Origin: Raja brachyura | Lineage: Eukaryota | Direction of reading: 5' to 3' | Assembly (NCBI GenBank): GCA_963514005.1 | Contig: OY740813.1 | Location: forward strand, 15,066,001-15,130,000 | Length of the DNA stretch: 64,000 nucleotides | Shown: positions 33,721 through 45,953 of the stretch, in pieces | How the letters are laid out: each line of letters starts with the position of its first letter | Numbering within the stretch: position 1 is the first letter of the stretch | Notes under the pieces: model-generated | Databases searched by the model: none | Told to the model about the DNA's origin: nothing | The model's input: the letters and a program-made list of their open reading frames with translations, nothing else | Translations under genes and position numbers: made by a program

Positions 33721-36004
33721 AAGACCAACGTTCTTCTAGGAAAAGGATTAACTGAATATGTGTCGTGTGATGGCTGTCCATGGGTTTGTGGTGGTGTTTG
33801 TAGTTCGGAGGCTTCGATATGGTAAATAATTCTGGCAATTGGAAGAGAGAATCTCAAGAAGCTACAGATTTAAGATTGAGAACGCAATCAGATTTAATAT
33901 TGAGTTTATTACATTTACAGCCCAACAACAGAAAATCATAAATTCATTGACTTAGTCAAGAAGCATACCTTTTGTGTGCTGCTATTTGCTTGAACTATGA
34001 TATTTGGACACACCGCCACTCACTGCGGCTGTTACTCTTAAGTACCATAGATTAAAAAGCACAAAATAGTCAGAAACATACTCTTTGACCTACCCAGTCC
34101 GTGTTATCCATCACATTGTACCATTGTCTCTTGTATTCCACACACAGACACCTCCCCCTCCCCCTCCCGTTTGCATCTATGTATGTGTCAATGACTAGCC
34201 GAGTTCAAAATCAACCTCTGATGGTTAATAAATCTTCAAGTTAATTCAGTTGGCCTCACATCCAGTAATTGATCTCAATCCCCTGGAGCTATTCTGTATT
34301 GACAAAACTTATTTCTTCAACGAAATGTTGAAGCCTTGGGCTGCGAACATAGCCATCGGCAAGAAGATGTTTAGTGCAGCATCATCAAGCAGCCAGTGAC
34401 TTGGCTGAGAATTAATGAAACGTGTACATTGAGTACCAGGACTCCAGTCTTTCAATTGGCGACTGTGGACTGATTGTGGGGTCTTGGTTGCAGTTGGCTG
34501 GCTCAGTCTCATTGATATGAGCTAATGTGTGGTTTCAGTATGAGCAGTGCAATTATCTGGAATTTGGGATCCGACGTGGGAATCCTTGTAAATAGGTCAT
34601 CCAACATTTTGATGATTGGTTATTTCATTCGAGAAAATTAAGTCCAACTATATTTTGCACATACTATTATTTGAAAGTGATAAAGTCCTTTACAAATTAA
34701 TACCAAATATGAAATGGGCAAGTTCACTTTAAAAACTTATGTTGCATGCTCATCTTGTAGTAAGAGTAATTGGAAATGTACTGTGTTTCTCCACCTGCTA
34801 TTTGGCTTGTTCTAGTTCTGGTTTGACTTGCTGAAGTAATTAACTTGTTTCATTTGGTATTAATACAGGATTTTGCAGCATATTTGAATTGTAATGCATT
34901 GGTTTAAAACAATATCTAATGACAGGAAGAAATGACCAAGGGCTGCGAAATATTTTGTTTTCTTTGTTGGCCAAATTTGCAATTGTGTATATAAAAACAA
35001 ATTACTCCTCCAAATGTGGCTTACGTGTCTTCCAAATTGTGAAATATTGACAGCCCTGTTTCTTAGGGCAACAAAAGGAGATTACAAGTAATCAATTTTT
35101 TTTAATGACTTCTATGCACCAAAGAATTTGAAATAAATTAACATTGAGCAATGACAGTGACACATTATGTCCAGATTTTAATGGAAGGTGGAAGTTGTAC
35201 GTTTGGCATTTGTCCTTCAGTGTTCAACGGAGTGTGTTCTGAGCTATGATGAAGTCACATTGGCTATATGTCTGTTGGTAGTTGCAACAACTTTGTGACA
35301 AACAATGAGTCTTGGCTTGTTTTTTTGTGTGTTGTTTTTTGTTAAATAAATCAAATGATGGGTTTAGTATATTTTTCATGACAACATATCAGTACATTTT
35401 TATAAAGCAAACTATTTTTAATCATCTTAAAATTTCCATTTTGACGTATCAACGGAGCATTTGAATGCCGCAGTAGTGGTATTGTGCCAACACTCCAAGA
35501 ACAATAAGTTCAAGGCAAGGTTTGCAGACAAAGTTTAAAAATGTCCCTGTTCTAAATGGAAAAGCCGTATCCATCTGTGGATTGGGATTAGGATATTGAA
35601 GAAATAGCGGAGATCGAAGCCGACAGATAGTCTGATATGAGAGGAAGTTCCATTGAAATCATACTTTGCTTACTTGACTCTTCCTATTGTGTTGTATTCT
35701 ACTGCCAAGATTTGTGATTGCAATTGTTCAGTTGTAGTGAGCTTGATGACAAAACACAGGAGTCAAGGTCTAAGACAGCATTCAAACAGCTACCCACCCT
35801 GTTTTTGTATTGTTTAGAATTTTTAACATTAAATTTAGCCTTGAAGTTTTGTTTTTAAGTTTGATTTGCTCTTTGTTTAAATATATCCTTTTTAACAATA
35901 GTTTAGTGGATGTATGGCTTTCCATGTGTTGAGGAGTCGGGGCTGATTTATATTCACCTCGGTGGATAAATGCATAATAGATCAAGGAAGTATATCATCT
36001 CGTG

Positions 36005-36160
36005 TTAAAGAAGGAACTGCAGATGCTGGAAAATCGAGGGTTACACAAAAAGCTGGAGAAACTCAGCGGGTGCAGCAGCATCTAAGGAGCGAAGGAGATA
36101 GGCGACGTTTCGGGTCGAGACCCTTCTTCAGACTGGTCAGGGATCAGGGAAACGAGAGAT
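36005..36160 (-). mobile_element. Solo Penelope-like pseudo-LTR with an intact hammerhead-like core
   Basis: Minus strand of 36131-36104 reads CUGAAGA-A-GGGUCUCGACCC-GAAA-CG-UC. Confidence 0.75.
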
Positions 36161-36799
36161 TCATCTCAGCGGTTCTTTGGCCACTTTGTACAACAGTAAT
36201 GGATGTAGTAGTGATGAAATGGTACGGGGGTTCAGACTTGTAGTTCTATCCCAGATGAGGCCAATTTTCAGCTAGACTAATCGTAGAACATTTTACCATG
36301 ATAAAGGAGTAAATTTCAGGCTGTTAGCCAAAAGATGACTTAAAGATAACCATTCTAGAGACAACCCCATCCAGTGTCATTTGCTGCTATCTTCATCTCA
36401 ACCACCTGTGCTGCCACCACACGGATTAATGGGCCTGTACATCAAGGTTCCTATGTTCTACAACTTTTTCTGGAGCCCTGCTAATTCTGATGTATATGCT
36501 ACACTTTATAAACCTCCTAAAATGCATCACTTGTTGGGATTAAATTTCATCTGCCAATATGTTTGCTCATTTACAAGCTGATCAATAGTCGTCTTTAATC
36601 CCAGACTCACTATCCTCTCACTATCAACAACAGTGGTTTTCATGTCATTTGCAAACTTAGTAATCATACATCCTACATTCAAATACAAATTTCCCGATAG
36701 TTTCCAGACTCTTGCTTTGTATGCTGTAAATCTGCTTCTATTTTTACAGCAAGCAAGTGGTTGAACTTATCAACAAATAAAAAGCACACAAGCTCACCT

Positions 36800-37835
36800 G
36801 CCTTTCAGAATGGCAGGCGGTGACTAGTGGGGCACCGCAAGGCTCGGTGCTGAGACCGCAGTTATTCACAATGTACATCAATGATTTGGATGAAGCGATT
36901 CAAAGTAACATTTGCAAATTTGCAGATGACACAAAGCTGGATGGCAGTGTGAACTGTGAGGAGGATGCTATGAGATTGCAGGGTAACATGGACAGGTTGG
37001 GGGAGTGGGCAGATTAAGTTTAATGCGGATAAATGTGAGGTTATCCACTTTGGTAGCAAAAACAGGAAGGCTGATTGCTATCTAAATGGCGATAAGTTGG
37101 GTAAAGGGGAAGTACAACGGGATTCTGGGGGTCCTTGTACATCAGTCTATAAAAGTAAGCATGCAGGTACAGCAGGCGGTGAAGAAAGCGAATGGCATGT
37201 TGGCCTTTGTAACAAGAGGAATCGAATATAGGACTAAAGAGGTCCTTCTGCAGTTGTACAGAGCCCTAGTGAGACCACACCTGGAGTATTGTGTGCAGTT
37301 TTGGTCCCCTAATTTGAGGAAGGACATTCTTGCAATTGAGGGAGTGCAGCGTAGCTTTACAAGGTTAATTCCCGGGATGGCGGGACTGTCATATGCTGAG
37401 AGAATGGAGCAGCTGGGCTTGTACACTCTGGAGTTTAGAAGGATGAGAGGGGATCTCATTGAAACATATAAGATTGTTAAAGGTTTGGACACGCTAGAGG
37501 CAGGAAACATGTTCCTGATGTTGGGAGAGTCCAGAACCAGGGGCCACAGTTTAAGAATAAGGAGTAAGCTGTTTAGAAAGTAGACGAGGAAGCACCTTTT
37601 CTCACAGAGAGTGGTGAGTCTGTGGAATTCTCTGCCTCAGAGGGCAGTGGAGGCAGGTTCTACGGATGCTTTCAAGAGAGAGCTTAATAGGGCTCTTAAA
37701 AATAGCGGAGTCAGGGGATATGGGGAGAAGGCAGGAACGGGGTACTGATTGGGGATGATCAGCCATGATCACATTGAATGGTGGTGCTGGCTCGAAGGGC
37801 CGAATGGCCTACTCCTGCACCTATTGTCTATTGTC
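36800..37835 (+). mobile_element. Young CR1-type LINE 3' portion (RT)
   Basis: [43 protein letters not shown]; ctattgt tail. Confidence 0.95.
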
Positions 37836-39815
37836 AGCAGTATAGAAATTGAATGACTACAATATTCAACACTTAAACGGCTTCATTCCATGCAACTTGG
37901 AAAAGGTTTATGTTGGGTAGATGACAAGTAAGGCAAGAACATTAGGAGGTGTCACAGTGTAGAGGTGTAACTATGACCCAGCCCTGCAAAAACAGACCAC
38001 TTCAGGATATCCATTTTGTAAATGAAGGCGTATATGGAATTGTGTTCCTTTCCTTCCTGGCATAATGTAACTTTGAGACTATTAATAAAATCTGGAACAC
38101 TTATAAGTACTTGCTGTACAGCTTAACACAAAAGGTTTTTGCATTAAGTAATCTGCATGTTAATATTTACCTAGTTTGAAATTCTGTTGTAGATTTAGGA
38201 TTTTTAAAGCTTAATCATCAACTACATTAAAACATTTTGTAATCTCATTTATCCCCACACTGGAAATTATCCATTCTGCTAAAGGTGTATGGTTGTAGGA
38301 TGAAGACTCAAGCTCTGATTTCTGTACAGATGCGCTTTTCACACTGTATGAAACGTAAATACAAGAATGTTGATTATAAAGAATACCGATATTAAGGTAG
38401 CTGCCTAAAGATGCAGCTCAGTGTTTTATCTACTAGAATTTGCCAGTTGTAAGCTGTTACTATATAGATTTTGTTAGATGTGCAGAAACCTAATGTTTAA
38501 GATATTTAAATAGGCTACAGAATCTTCATCTTGGTCTGCTTTCTGGTTGATCTTACTTATTTAACTTCAGAATTAAGACAGGGTTTGTCTGTCAAGCTTT
38601 AGAGAACCATTGAATATACACAGCAATCCAATTAGCCTTTAATAAACTAAAATATATCTTACCTACCAGTTTGCTATCAATGGTCTAAGTAAAACTTCCT
38701 TCCTACCCTTAACTTTCATGGTATCTTTGAACGGAAGGGAAGATCATGCCTCCAGAGCGTGTTCGCCTCTTCAACTGCCTGAGGTTCTGCTGCCTCTGGC
38801 CCTCCCCTCTCCTCCTCTGTGTGCGAGCTCTTAAGTCTACTCTGCTGTTCCATAATTTAATGTTCCATAATTTCATAGCTAAGCAGTTCATGGCCTTTGC
38901 TTCATTTTCCTACCTAGTCACTATAATCCTGATTCTGTAGATCAAAAGCTTCCCAATCTTGACTTTGAATGTATTCAGTATTTCAGAATGTGGTGTACTT
39001 TGTTGGTTTATTTATTGTCATGTTTGTAGAGATGCACTGAAATCCATGTTCTGTGTGCTTTCCAGTCAAATCTCACTATACAGGAGTGCAATCCATTGTC
39101 TTCTGGAACGGCATGCAGAGAGCCCTATTCCAGCACCCTCTTCCAACTTCCAAGTCTCTGAAAAGTCTAATATTGGCCCAAGACAATATGCAACTTCTTA
39201 TTTTCTCACTTTAAGGCCTGGTGTCCTGCCGACATTGGGTCAATGAAGTGGGGCTCGGTCTGGCCTAGCATGATGCTGTCGGCTCCTTCCACCGCCGCTC
39301 CATGCAGCTGCCACAGGTTGCACTTGATTTACTTGTTAATCCAGCTGCTCTAGGGCCTCCTGTGTGGCGCCACAGCCAACACCATGATCACCACAAATAC
39401 GCCGTCCGTCTCCTCCAGCAGTCGCCCCACCACTTCCGTGCGACAAGGTCACCATGTCCCGCTGAACTTCAGGGTGCATTCTGCAGTTGTGGGAGGAGAG
39501 TTCACATCCGCACATTTTTCCCTTCTTCCACCGCCACCATCTTTGAAAAAGAGAGTCTGGTTTTGTTGCTTTAGACTGACAATCAGACTCTTGTAAATAA
39601 CTAGTGATTTAATTTTTCTCTGCTCACACACATTTGAATAATTTGGTTTCCATTTGTTCTAATTTTCAATGAACTCTATTAATATCTGTAAAAGTAAACA
39701 ATCTGTTTTGCCTGTGGGGCATTTTCATATTTCTGGGCTTAATCTGTCAATAAATATCTTGATGAAAGTTCAAAAAAGTCAATGGCTAACGTAAACGATT
39801 GCTTTCTTTTTCCAG

Positions 39816-39976
39816 TAATTCAGACTGTAAGACTCCAATCTGATCCATGAACTGGTGCATGTGACATATCATCACAATAAGCAACAGTTTTATGAAGAAT
39901 TTTACAACTGCAGGCTATTAGAATAATGTGACTCGCATGTGCTTGTAACAAACTAGTTAAATATTGTAAATGAGAG
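39816..39976 (+). other. LRRC8A: Candidate LRRC8A 5'UTR exon
   Basis: Branch-like gctaac, polypyrimidine gctttctttttccag| acceptor, GAG|gtaagt donor. Confidence 0.4.
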
Positions 39977-40196
39977 GTAAGTTGTCAGCTTGACATCTGC
40001 AATAAAGCAAATAGAAAAGATTGACGTGGGAACTTTATTTGTCAGCTTTAAAAAAAAAAAACATTTCAAGCTTTGTGTGTAGATCGGTATTATCCTGATA
40101 TTTGATGTGTCTGCTTTTCCAAGTCCACACTAGAAAGCAACAGGAACAGCTTCATCCCCGATGTTATCAGACTACTGCATGGTCCTCCCATAAGAG

Positions 40197-40477
40197 TTTA
40201 GACTTTAGAGATACAGCATGAAACGGGCCCTTTGGGCCATCGAGCCCGCACCAAACGGCGATCACCCTTAACTAGCACTACCCTATAATCATGGCACAAA
40301 TTACAGAAACCAATTAACCTAGAAACCTGCATGTCTTTGGAGTGTGGGAGGAAACCGGAGCACCCGAAGAAAACCCACGCGGGCACGGAGAACGTACAAA
40401 CTCCAGACAGCACCTCTAATCAGGATCGAACCTGGGTCTCTGCCGCTGTAAGGCAGCAACTCTACCGCTGTACCGCT
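40197..40477 (-). mobile_element. V-SINE (HE1-like), near full length, inserted in a Rex1-type 3' fragment (about 40135-40740)
   Basis: B box ggttcgatcc, V-domain gggttttcttcgggtgctccggtttcctccca, CR1-like tail. Confidence 0.85.
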
Positions 40478-41104
40478 CTTAAGCTACACATAGCTTAAGG
40501 TGTAGAGTAGGGTATAGTTTGATCTTCCAATTAGGGCATTGTATTTTTTCTCCCGAAATGTAATGCCACAATGCTGTAACACTATGTTCTGCACTCTGGT
40601 AATTTTCTCTTTGCACTATCAGTTATACTTGTATATGCCTTGATTGTACTGATGCATAATATGGTTAGATTTGACACAATAGTATGCAAAACCATTTCAC
40701 TGTGTCTGGATGTGTGTGACAATAATAAACCAATACTGAGTGATATGCTGTGTTGAAGTATTTGTATCAATGTTCTGGGTTACTGCTGCACTAGATATGT
40801 ACAAGGTACACACTTCAGTAGAAGAAAATTATATTCTAGAATGATCTGTGTTTAAATATTTTTTTTAATCTGTCGAAGGGTTTATTTTTGTTTGGTTCGT
40901 AATAAAATAGAGGTAAAGAATAAAATCCTCCCATTACCAACACTGTCCAGAATCTCTCAAAGAATACAGCACCTCTAATCTCTCCTGTGTACCTGATATT
41001 TAGGGCTGGGTAAAGTGCACATTTCTGTGCAGTCATGTCATAAACTCACACTAAGCTTAAGATTACTTTGCCATGTCATCACTGGGTTTTCTTCTGTCTT
41101 TCAG

Positions 41105-41228
41105 TGCCAGCAACTGCTCCTATGGCGGTGAGAGAGAGTAAGGTGCCAAACGTTGGTGGGAATCCAGCAGAAAAGCTTGTTTGCTTAACACACAGAACAT
41201 CTGAGGACAGATAACAGCCAGCAACACG
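41105..41228 (+). other. LRRC8A: Candidate LRRC8A 5'UTR exon with a 30-codon uORF (41122-41214)
   Basis: ttttcttctgtctttcag| acceptor, ACG|gtgagt donor, no recognisable repeat. Confidence 0.5.
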
Positions 41229-41934
41229 GTGAGTGAGAAAATAGCTGAAATACCGCACAAGACAATTTAGAAAAAACAGCTTTGTGTACAACCATAATAG
41301 GCTAATTACAAATGGAGCATGGAAATAATTTGATAACAGTGAAAGTTTCCTATGAGAATTTTTTATTTCTGAGATTAAAATAAACCTTGTTACATACTTG
41401 TAATCTGTGGAGCTCTGATGGATCCACTGTTGTTTGTATCTACATTAATAATTTAAATAATAATGTAATTAGCATTATTAGTAAATTTGCAGGTGATGCC
41501 AAAATTGGTGGTATGGTGGACAGCGAGGAAGGATATCTAAATTTACAGTGGGATCTAGATCCCTCGTCAATCCTCCTTCTGTCCACACCCACCTGCAGAA
41601 GATACAAAAGCTTGAAAGTGTGCACCACCAGACTCAGGAATAGCTCAATAACTATGACTCAAGCTCATGGTCAACTATGTAATAGCATGGTCGTCAATGC
41701 TGTTTCTAAAATCTGAGTGAAAAATGCATCTAATTCTTGTAGACTGTCAACTCAGACCGATACCTTGAATTTGGGTCACCAGAGCTAGTTATACATATTT
41801 AGATGGTACTCCAATAATTTACAAGTGTAGGTGTACAATTGAAAGTGGCCACCAGTTTGCAAGCTACTTGAATCCAATTAGGAAATTACTTAGTTTAACA
41901 GGATATGATACAATAAATATCTTATCGATCATCG

Positions 41935-43150
41935 GAAACAAAGAGTAGGGATTAACGGGTTCCTTTCAGAATGGCGGGCAGTGACTAGTGGGGTACCGCA
42001 AGGCTCGGTGCTGGGACCGCAGCTATTTACAATATACATCAATGATTTTGATGAAGGGATTGAAAGTAACATTAGCAGATTTGCAGATAACCCAAAGCTG
42101 GGTGGCAAAGTGAACAGTGAGGAGAATGCTATGAGAATGCAGGGTGACTTGGACAGGTTGGGTGATGCATGGCAGATGCAGTTTAATGTGGTATTTTGTA
42201 CATCAAATAATTTTAAATGATTCTAAATTGTACAGCACATGATTTAATTCTGGTTCTGAAAATTATTATGGTCTTTCATTGTTTTTCATTCAAAGTCTTG
42301 ATAGTTGCTATAAAATCACGAGTCCTCTTTATTCAAGCTTGATTCCTTGGTTATCGAATTTGGTAGCAAAAACAGGAAGGCAGATTACTATCTAAATGGT
42401 GTCAAGTTGGGAAAAGGGGAAGTACAACGGGATCTGGGGGTCCTTGTTCATTGTAACAGTATCACCTGTAAGCATGCAGGTACAGCAGGCAGTGAAGAAA
42501 GTGAATGGCATGTTGGTTTTTATAACAAGACATTTTGAGTGTAGGAGCAAAGAGGTTCTTCTGCAGTTGTATAGGGCCCTAATGAGACTACACCTGGAAT
42601 ATTGTGTGCAGTTTTGGTCCCCTAATTTGAGGAAGGGCATTCTTGGTATTGAAGGAGTGCAGTGTAGGTTTACAAGGATAATTCCCGGGATAGCGGGACT
42701 GTCATATGCTGAGAGAATGGAGCGGCTGGGCTTGTACACTCTGGAGTTTAGAAGGATGAGAAGGGATCTTATTGAAACGTATAAGATTATTAAGAGTTTG
42801 GACATGCTAGAGGTAGGAAACATGTTCCTGATGTTGGGAGTCCAGAACCAGGGGCCACAGTTTAAGAATAAGAGTTAAGCCATTTAGACTGAGACGAAGA
42901 AACACTTTTTCTCACAGAGTTGTGAGTCTGTGGAATTCTCTGCCTCAGAGGGTGGTGGAGGCCGGTTCTCTGGATACTTTCAAGAGAGAGCTAGATAGGG
43001 CTCTTAAAGATAGCGGAGTCAGGGGATATGGGGAGAAGGCGGGAATAGGGTACTGATTGTGGATGATCAGCCATGATCACATTGAATGGCCGTGCTGGTT
43101 CGAAGGGCCAAATGGCCTACTCATGCACCTATTGTCTATTATCTATTATC
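41935..43150 (+). mobile_element. CR1 LINE 3' portion (same subfamily as 36800-37835), interrupted at about 42192-42348
   Basis: SGVPQGSVLGP, FADNPKL, HLEYCVQFWSP. Confidence 0.93.
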
Positions 43151-45022
43151 ATATTATATTTGTGCATGCTCCATCTTTCAATAAGACTGTGACTGATCTG
43201 TTATCTCAGTGCCATTTCCTGGCACTGAACATATAATTGATTTGCTTAACATCTAAAAATCTGATCTCTGAAACAATCTCGACACCTGAGCTTTCACAGC
43301 CCTCTTGAATTCTAAGGATTTACTGGTATCTGGGTGAAGCAATTTCTTGTCATTTCTGGCCTAAATAACCAACCCATATTTTGAGACTGGCCCTTGGTCT
43401 TCATCCACTATGTTTCTACCCTATCAAGTCCCTTAAGAAATTTGTACAAATCGATGTTATCGCCACAAATTCTTCTAAACTACGGAGAGTATAAATCCAG
43501 TCTTATCTTTCTGTGTATTTTTCAGTTATTAAATATTTTGCTCATTAATTACTTGATTTACTGATTCCTTTGCTAGTCAGCTGGTGTGGCTTCAGTGCAG
43601 ATGAGATTGCACATTGCTCGGGTCACTCAGCGATTTTAAAGGTGTGGTTTCCTGATTCCTAATGAAATATCCACAATGAGGTAAAGTCATTCTATCTCTC
43701 AAGTCAGAGATTTTGGCTGGACTTCTATCTGTTTCAACGGTCTTATAAAGAATATATCCAATGTCACTTTTTGAAAATCCACTTTAAGTACGTGAAATTT
43801 CTTTCACCGCCTTCCTTGTAAAACGTTAGCAATGGTATTGCAGATTGTGTGCCAAGAGTATTAAATTAAATAGTTTCTATAATATAATCCTCTCAGAATA
43901 TCAAAAGTAATTTTATTCATGCTCTGAAACATATTTAATGTCTTTCCCCTTTTGTGCTGCTGTTCCTGTCGTCGCGAGCTTTAGATTATTTCTTAAATCA
44001 TAACAATGCGTTCTTGCTGGGAAATTAAAATAAGATAAGAATTATTTACTTTCCCGCATTGTTCATATAATCTGCACGTGAAGTTGTGTTGAATAATTAA
44101 CTGAGAGCTGGAGACCTTGGCCGTCTCAGGTTGGGAGCATTGAGACGAGCAGCAATTCTTGAGACTGCATCCTATTAACTTTGTGTAGTTACGTGCCATT
44201 TCAGCTGTTGCATTCCCCCACTTGTCTATTTTGTGTATCTTAATTTAGGTTTGAACATTCTTAAGTGGAAATTTATCCTTTTTCTTGGTCTGGAACAGCT
44301 GTTGTAGCTATTCAGTAAAATGTATCCACCATATTCTATTGCATAGTTTAGTTTGACCATATTACATAATTTCTTTAGTCTCAGTGTATGCTGCAGTGCC
44401 AGTACTTTTGTTCCAAGTGAAAGTGCCTGAAGCTTTGAAAAGCACTGCTGCAGAACAGAACCTTTTAGTGGATAATAGTTTATTGTATATTGTTCAGCAA
44501 TTGGGCAACTAAGTAAGGACTGGTAAATTAGTCGTTCCCAAAGAATGGAAGCGAGTACGGACTTCTCTGCCAAGTTTGATGTGTTAAATTCATCAGTTTG
44601 CTCCCCCACTGGATTGCAAAAATAGTCTCTTGGATGCTGTGAGATTAGGAGTAGGGAGAAGAGGGAATGACTGGGGAGAAAAACGTCTTTGATTATGTTG
44701 CCTGCTCTCCCGATGCATTTAGAGTTGATGGGGGAGGGGCAGCTGGTTTGTTTAATGGGCTGAGCTACACATCTGCAGTTTCTTGCAGAATTGGATAGAC
44801 CAATTGCTATACCAGCATCTGGGTAGGATGCGTTCTATGGTGCATCTATTTGAAGTCTAGCAGTTACTTGAATAATTTTCCTTTTAAAAAAAAACAAAAA
44901 AAACAATTTCTATTGAAACATTGATTCATATTTAAATGCACAAGAAGCAAGCAGAGGGAAATCGATGTTCAGTAGGAAGTCAGTCCACAATCTCTCCCAA
45001 AATATTCAGATGTTGAGGGTTA

Positions 45023-45220
45023 AGGGCATGTCCCACTTTCACGACCTAATTCACGGCCTTTTTTACTCGTGGACATTTTTCATCATGTTGTAAAAAATGC
45101 CCCAACCTACTTGATGCCACGAGTACCTACCACTACCATCACGACCTCATGACGACCATGCTGCGAGTACGAGCCAAGGGCAAACTCGGCAGAGGTCGTG
45201 AATTAGGTTGTGAACGTGGG
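45023..45220. mobile_element. Harbinger-type MITE, right end truncated
   Basis: tta|agggcatgtcccactttcacgacctaattcac ... gtgaattaggttgtgaacgtggg. Confidence 0.7.
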
Positions 45221-45478
45221 TTTCTTCAACTACTTCTGAACTTCAGCTGTTTCAGGTCTTTTCCTATTTATATTTATTTTTCTAAATGGAAAGAATTAAT
45301 CGAGCGAATGTTTCAATCTTTTTTTTAAAAAGCTAGATATGATTCTGTTTCAGATTATCATTGTAGTTTGGAAATATTCAAATTATAGAAATAAATAACA
45401 AAACTATTTCTTAAAAAAAAAAGAAGTGTTTTCATAGGAATTAATTATTTGTGCGGTAGCACTGGTGTTTCAACTTGA

Positions 45479-45953
45479 AGGGCCTGTCCCACTTGGGTGA
45501 CCTAATCCGCGAGTTCTGGTGAGTTTGCCCTCGACTCATACTCGCAGCATGGTCGACACAAGGTCATAGGATAACTCTTCATGCTTGAGAGTGGTCTCCA
45601 CGTACTCGAGGCCTCAGCTAGGTCGCGGCGTTTTTTTCAATATGTTAAAAAATGTCGCCATGGAAAAAAATCAATACTTTTTTTTACTCGTATGTTTAGT
45701 CATAGTAGGTCGGCATGTTAGTCGTAGGTAATCGAGGGTGGTTGAAAGTAGTCGTAGATAGTCTACATCATAGTCGAAAGGACATCGAAGGAGGTCGTCT
45801 TCCTTCTCCACTATTCGGTGTCCAATTTTCTCGAAGCTAGTCTTCAACATAGTCGAAGGAGGTCTTCAACATAGTCGAAGGAGGTCTTCAACATGTTATT
45901 TTTTCAAACTCTTCTAAACTCGCCAATTAGGTCACCCAAGTGGGACAGCCCCT
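45479..45953. mobile_element. Harbinger-type MITE with internal 22-bp tandem repeats
   Basis: TIRs agggcctgtcccacttgggtgacctaat / attaggtcacccaagtgggacagcccct; flanks tga/taa. Confidence 0.85.

Noticed and set aside
40400-40477. tRNA gene
   Set aside because: tRNA-like A/B boxes belong to a SINE head followed by a V-domain and LINE tail; no complete cloverleaf.
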